A stretch of 64,000 bases of DNA, from the IMG/VR virus record IMGVR_UViG_3300032307_000957, one strand, 5' to 3'. Made by a program: the position numbers and the translations under genes. Of this stretch, positions 60,460 to 64,000 are shown in pieces. This DNA comes from an uncultured virus (IMG/VR IMGVR_UViG_3300032307_000957). Taxonomy: Duplodnaviria; Heunggongvirae; Uroviricota; Caudoviricetes. The notes beneath the pieces are model-generated. The model searched no databases. It worked only from the letters and a program-made list of their open reading frames with translations, and was not told the origin of the DNA. The first letter of the stretch is position 1; the number at the start of each line of letters is the position of its first letter.

Positions 60460-60768
60460 ATGAAATGGAATCTTTGGTTGGATGATCAAATAAACGACCC
60501 AGATGCTGAAAATAGATGGACTCCGGAAAATTATGTTGGTGCGGAATCTTCCGATGCAGCAATTCATTTAGTGCAAAAGTTTGGTCCACCTGAATTAATG
60601 GATCTTGACCATGATTTGGGAGAAGGTGATGATGCAATGATTTTTTTAAAATGGTTGTCGGATAATTATTATGACCAAATTCCAGGTTATGTTGTTCATT
60701 CTTCAAATCCTGTAGGAAGAAAAAACATAATATCATTTATGGAATCTTGGAGAAAGAGCATTTATTAG
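60460..60768 (+). CDS. Cyclic-phosphate-processing receiver domain protein
   Basis: LWLDD...R.TP, LDHDLG, VHSSNPVG. Confidence 0.8.
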   Translation: MKWNLWLDDQINDPDAENRWTPENYVGAESSDAAIHLVQKFGPPELMDLDHDLGEGDDAMIFLKWLSDNYYDQIPGYVVHSSNPVGRKNIISFMESWRKSIY

Positions 60769-61065
60769 ATGCACAGTCTAGACCTTGTACGAACACAATA
60801 TTCAGAAGAAGAGTTAGAAGATAACGTTCATTTTTTTGTTAAAAATGATTGGTGGTTTATTTGTTTTTGCCAAGATTTATCAGAGAATTTTATAGAAAAA
60901 CATGCGGATAAGGTAAATTGGATTTACATTTCAGAAAAGCAATCTTTATCAGAAGGGTTTATAAAAAGACATATTGAAAAAATTAATATTGAAATTTTAA
61001 TGTATAATGATAGAATTTCTGAAGAAATAAAAAAAGAAATAAAAACATTAAAAGAAATTATATGA
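60769..61065 (+). CDS. Trp-repeat protein (KEII tail)
   Basis: Repeat motif. Confidence 0.85.
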   Translation: MHSLDLVRTQYSEEELEDNVHFFVKNDWWFICFCQDLSENFIEKHADKVNWIYISEKQSLSEGFIKRHIEKINIEILMYNDRISEEIKKEIKTLKEII

Positions 61066-61502
61066 ACCAACACAATTTAGAATTAATTAAAAAACAATAT
61101 TCCGAAAAAGAATTAGAGCAAAATATCAATTTATTTGATGATCGAGATTGGCACTCAATTTCAATTTTCCAAAAACTATCAGAAAAATTTATTGATAAAT
61201 ATTCAGGTAGGATTAATTGGGATTGGGTTGCTTCAGAACAAGAATTATCAGAACTTTTTATAAAAAAACATGCGGATAAGGTTAATTGGTATCACGTTTC
61301 AATTTACCAAAAGCTATCAGAAGAATTTATTGAAAAATATTCCGATAAGCTTGATTGGTTATATATTTCTGAATTTCAAAAATTATCTGAAAAATTTATA
61401 AAAAAACATATAGATAAAATTAACATTAATTTTTTAATGATTAATAATAAAATTTCAAAAAAAATAAAAAAAGAAATTAAATCACTAAAGGAAATTATAT
61501 GA
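61062..61502 (+). CDS. Trp-repeat protein (KEII tail)
   Basis: Repeat motif. Confidence 0.85.
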   Translation: MNQHNLELIKKQYSEKELEQNINLFDDRDWHSISIFQKLSEKFIDKYSGRINWDWVASEQELSELFIKKHADKVNWYHVSIYQKLSEEFIEKYSDKLDWLYISEFQKLSEKFIKKHIDKININFLMINNKISKKIKKEIKSLKEII

Positions 61503-62032
61503 AAAACACAATTGCTCTTCTAACAATTATTGTCACCATAGGTTGTTCAAACTCAACATCAGAAGCTGACATTGAATATAATAAATCCGTTCAACAAAAA
61601 GAACATAAAATAAATGAACTTAATGATAAAGTTTTCAATCTAAAGGACGAAATTATTAGATTGAAAAATGAATACAACTCTATTCCTCAAAATGAATTAA
61701 TTCAACTTAATTCATCCATTGAAAGCAAAAAATCCGAACTTGCCAATCTTCAAAATAATATTGCAACCAACAAGGCTGAATTGGAAGCCAATCCAAAACA
61801 TAGATATGTTATTAAGTTTGAACTAAAACAGTCCAGATTTTCTCTTGATATTGGTCAGCATATGAAGGATAGTATGAATGCCGCTGAATTCGAACTACCT
61901 GTTGATAAGGAATTCTATGATAGCGTTCATGTTGGTCAAGAGTTGGTTGATAAGTTTAGAACAGGATCATTATTAATCAACGGTTCGTTTTCAAAATGGA
62001 AAGTAACCGTTCTTCAAAAGAAAGTAAAATAA
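61499..62032 (+). CDS. Coiled-coil lipoprotein
   Basis: Lipobox TIGC; coiled coil; PVDKEFYD C-terminal domain. Confidence 0.7.
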   Translation: MKNTIALLTIIVTIGCSNSTSEADIEYNKSVQQKEHKINELNDKVFNLKDEIIRLKNEYNSIPQNELIQLNSSIESKKSELANLQNNIATNKAELEANPKHRYVIKFELKQSRFSLDIGQHMKDSMNAAEFELPVDKEFYDSVHVGQELVDKFRTGSLLINGSFSKWKVTVLQKKVK

Positions 62033-62284
62033 ATGAAATTACGTTATGCAATTGTTTATGACGGTCATGTACCAGATGTATTGAAAGAATTCGACCCGAA
62101 TTTTTCAATAAAACATTTAGCTTTTAGAAATGTCAAAAGATCTCACTTTGACACCAAAGAAGAGGCTGAAAGTTTTCTTAATATTATAAAAGAAAATCTT
62201 GAGAATAAACTTGGCATGAAAAACCCCCATATAATGCAAATCAGTTGTTATGATCATGGCGAATCAATCGGAACATGCTTTTAA
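62033..62284 (+). CDS. Hypothetical protein
   Basis: ORF. Confidence 0.6.
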   Translation: MKLRYAIVYDGHVPDVLKEFDPNFSIKHLAFRNVKRSHFDTKEEAESFLNIIKENLENKLGMKNPHIMQISCYDHGESIGTCF

Positions 62285-62293
62285 GGAGTTTTT

Positions 62294-62731
62294 ATGAAGT
62301 GTTTATGCTGCCACATTGATAATTTAAAAAAAGAAGATTTTCTTAAAGAAGAACAATATCTTGTTGGTAGATATACTGTAATATTTACCTTTAATTACAA
62401 AGATAGTTATATGTGCAAGGTTTGTGAATCATATAGCGTTAATTATAACGATTTAGAGCAAGTTGAAATTTTGGTTGCAAAATTCTTATTGGATAATGTG
62501 GCATTTTTTGACCCTAACGCATTTCGTTTTATTAGAAAGGCTGCTGGGTTTAGTGCAGAATTTTTGCAAGAAAAGCTTGGTCTTGAAACCAAAGACGCTA
62601 TTAAAAAGATTGAAAGACAAGAATCAATACCAGAAAACATATGGTTTGGTTTAGATTCATGCTTTGAAGAGTTCCTAAAGAAGAAAAACATAAAAACAAA
62701 TCTTATCAAACCTAAGCTTCTTACTGATTGA
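62294..62731 (+). CDS. MqsA-like zinc finger plus HTH protein
   Basis: MKCLCC...CKVCE...FRFIRKAAGFSAEFLQEKLG. Confidence 0.65.
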   Translation: MKCLCCHIDNLKKEDFLKEEQYLVGRYTVIFTFNYKDSYMCKVCESYSVNYNDLEQVEILVAKFLLDNVAFFDPNAFRFIRKAAGFSAEFLQEKLGLETKDAIKKIERQESIPENIWFGLDSCFEEFLKKKNIKTNLIKPKLLTD

Positions 62732-62737
62732 AATAAT

Positions 62738-63004
62738 ATGTTTTGTTCAGCACTTGTTTATTTTAATAATTTACATAGCATTTGTATACTAAGTCTTCCA
62801 AACAAAGCAGATGTAAAGTATACAGATATTAAATTCATTGATAAATATCAGTTTATAAATGAAACTTTCTGTTTCCCAGAGTATATATTTCACAGCATTA
62901 TATTTTCACCTATTATAACTCAAATATATAAAATAGAAGGCAAAACAAAAGAAGAGGTTTGGTTGAAAATTCAGGATTTTTTGGTTATTAAAGAAATAAT
63001 TTAA
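62738..63004 (+). CDS. Hypothetical protein (KEII tail)
   Basis: Ends VIKEII-TAA. Confidence 0.7.
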   Translation: MFCSALVYFNNLHSICILSLPNKADVKYTDIKFIDKYQFINETFCFPEYIFHSIIFSPIITQIYKIEGKTKEEVWLKIQDFLVIKEII

Positions 63005-63005
63005 T

Positions 63006-63347
63006 ATGTTTGATTTAAAAGAATACGAAGAAAATATAGTTAAATTAGAATACTTAAATAAGTATTTTATTTCTTTTAAAGACCATTGTTGCGAAATAAT
63101 GACATACATATTAAGCGAATTTTATGTGGACTATTTGTATATTACAATTGCTCAATTAGATCCACTTGTAATACATAAAAGTAAGTATATTATATTTAAT
63201 GTTCACGGTTCTGACTTGAAAAGTCTTTCTGGGACTCCTTATGAATATAATGGCGAAAACAAAGCATGTTTTCCTTATGATCTATTATTTGATGAAAATT
63301 GGAAAGAAACAGTAAAAAGAGATGCTTTAATTAAAAGCATAATATAG
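63006..63347 (+). CDS. Hypothetical protein (tail IKSII)
   Basis: ORF. Confidence 0.65.
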   Translation: MFDLKEYEENIVKLEYLNKYFISFKDHCCEIMTYILSEFYVDYLYITIAQLDPLVIHKSKYIIFNVHGSDLKSLSGTPYEYNGENKACFPYDLLFDENWKETVKRDALIKSII

Positions 63348-63366
63348 AAAGAAAGGTAATTTAAAA

Positions 63367-63594
63367 ATGGCAAACCACGCAGAATATAAACAAATAAACG
63401 GAGCTGATTTTTCAAAAATTCACAACATTGAATTTGTAGAAGGAAAGATTAGAGCAGAAGTTTCTATTGGAACCTTAGATTATATTTGGTTTGATTCGGT
63501 TGATGAATTAAATGGTTTTATAAACAAAATGAAATATGTTCAAGCAAAAAATGAACTTCTGGTTGATAATTTCATCAAGGATTTAAATAAATAA
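63367..63594 (+). CDS. Hypothetical protein
   Basis: AAAGG RBS, ORF. Confidence 0.6.
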   Translation: MANHAEYKQINGADFSKIHNIEFVEGKIRAEVSIGTLDYIWFDSVDELNGFINKMKYVQAKNELLVDNFIKDLNK

Positions 63595-63743
63595 AAGAAT
63601 TATAAATTATTACCAAAAATACAGGTAAATCTTCAACTTCTTACTGTATGAGATTGGTTGATGCTTTAATTGATGATTAGCAATATAGTTAAAGGGAGAA
63701 AGTAGGGTTAAAGCTGGACGGCGCTAGAGGGTGGGGAAGTGGC

Positions 63744-63772
63744 TTGCGGCCCCTTCCCTGGTCTGCTATGTT
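63744..63772 (+). promoter_or_regulatory. Promoter-like site in a GC-rich island
   Basis: TTGCGG-17nt-TATGTT with TGn extension. Confidence 0.45.
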
Positions 63773-63885
63773 CGGAGCGCTCAGAAGGCTAGCAGGGAGC
63801 GAGCAATCGGGCCCTAAGTCTCCGGTCCTTTCCGGTTCCGTGAGTAAAGAAACAAATTATCATTTTATATAATTAAAGGGAAAAC

Positions 63886-64000
63886 ATGGCAAAAATCACA
63901 ACAAAAGAATTAAAGAATAATATTGTTCAATGGATTAAAAGGGAAGAGATTTATAATGATCTTAAAGAATATTATTATGGATGTGGTGAATTTTCTAAAT
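63886..64000 (+). CDS. Hypothetical protein, 3' end outside window
   Basis: AAGGG RBS; MAKITTKELK... Confidence 0.55.
   Translation, partial: MAKITTKELKNNIVQWIKREEIYNDLKEYYYGCGEFSK

Noticed and set aside
2..61502. Diversity-generating retroelement behind the variable repeat genes
   Set aside because: No reverse transcriptase in the window and no template/variable repeat pair differing only at adenines that I could see.

Overview
This AT-rich window looks like part of a large (jumbo-type) bacteriophage genome. It has dense short ORFs with overlapping ATGA junctions, sigma70-type promoters and phage-style tRNAs, and no structural genes. 1.9-16 kb holds metabolic, translation and lysis genes: NMNAT-NUDIX plus NAMPT, DHFR, ThyA, a DEDDh exonuclease, IF-1, Hsp20, three peptidoglycan hydrolases and two homing endonucleases. 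12.1-29.7 kb is one long minus-strand array of small genes. 29.8-31.8 kb is a non-coding divergence centre with direct repeats, GC-rich tandem promoters and a highly structured candidate large RNA. 31.8-64 kb is a plus-strand arm of small genes with scattered tRNAs. These include tRNA-Leu(UAA) and tRNA-Lys(UUU) split by group I introns, two tRNA-Ile2(CAU) genes (one directly upstream of tilS) and several tRNA-like oddities, among them a 44-nt minihelix. The most striking signal is that about 60 proteins (hand count) from several unrelated families end in the same C-terminal helix, hydrophobic-x-[E/D]-I-I(-x)-stop ('KEII tail'). This suggests a modular design with a variable body and a constant docking tail. 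All calls come from reading the sequence by eye; no searches or folding programs were run.
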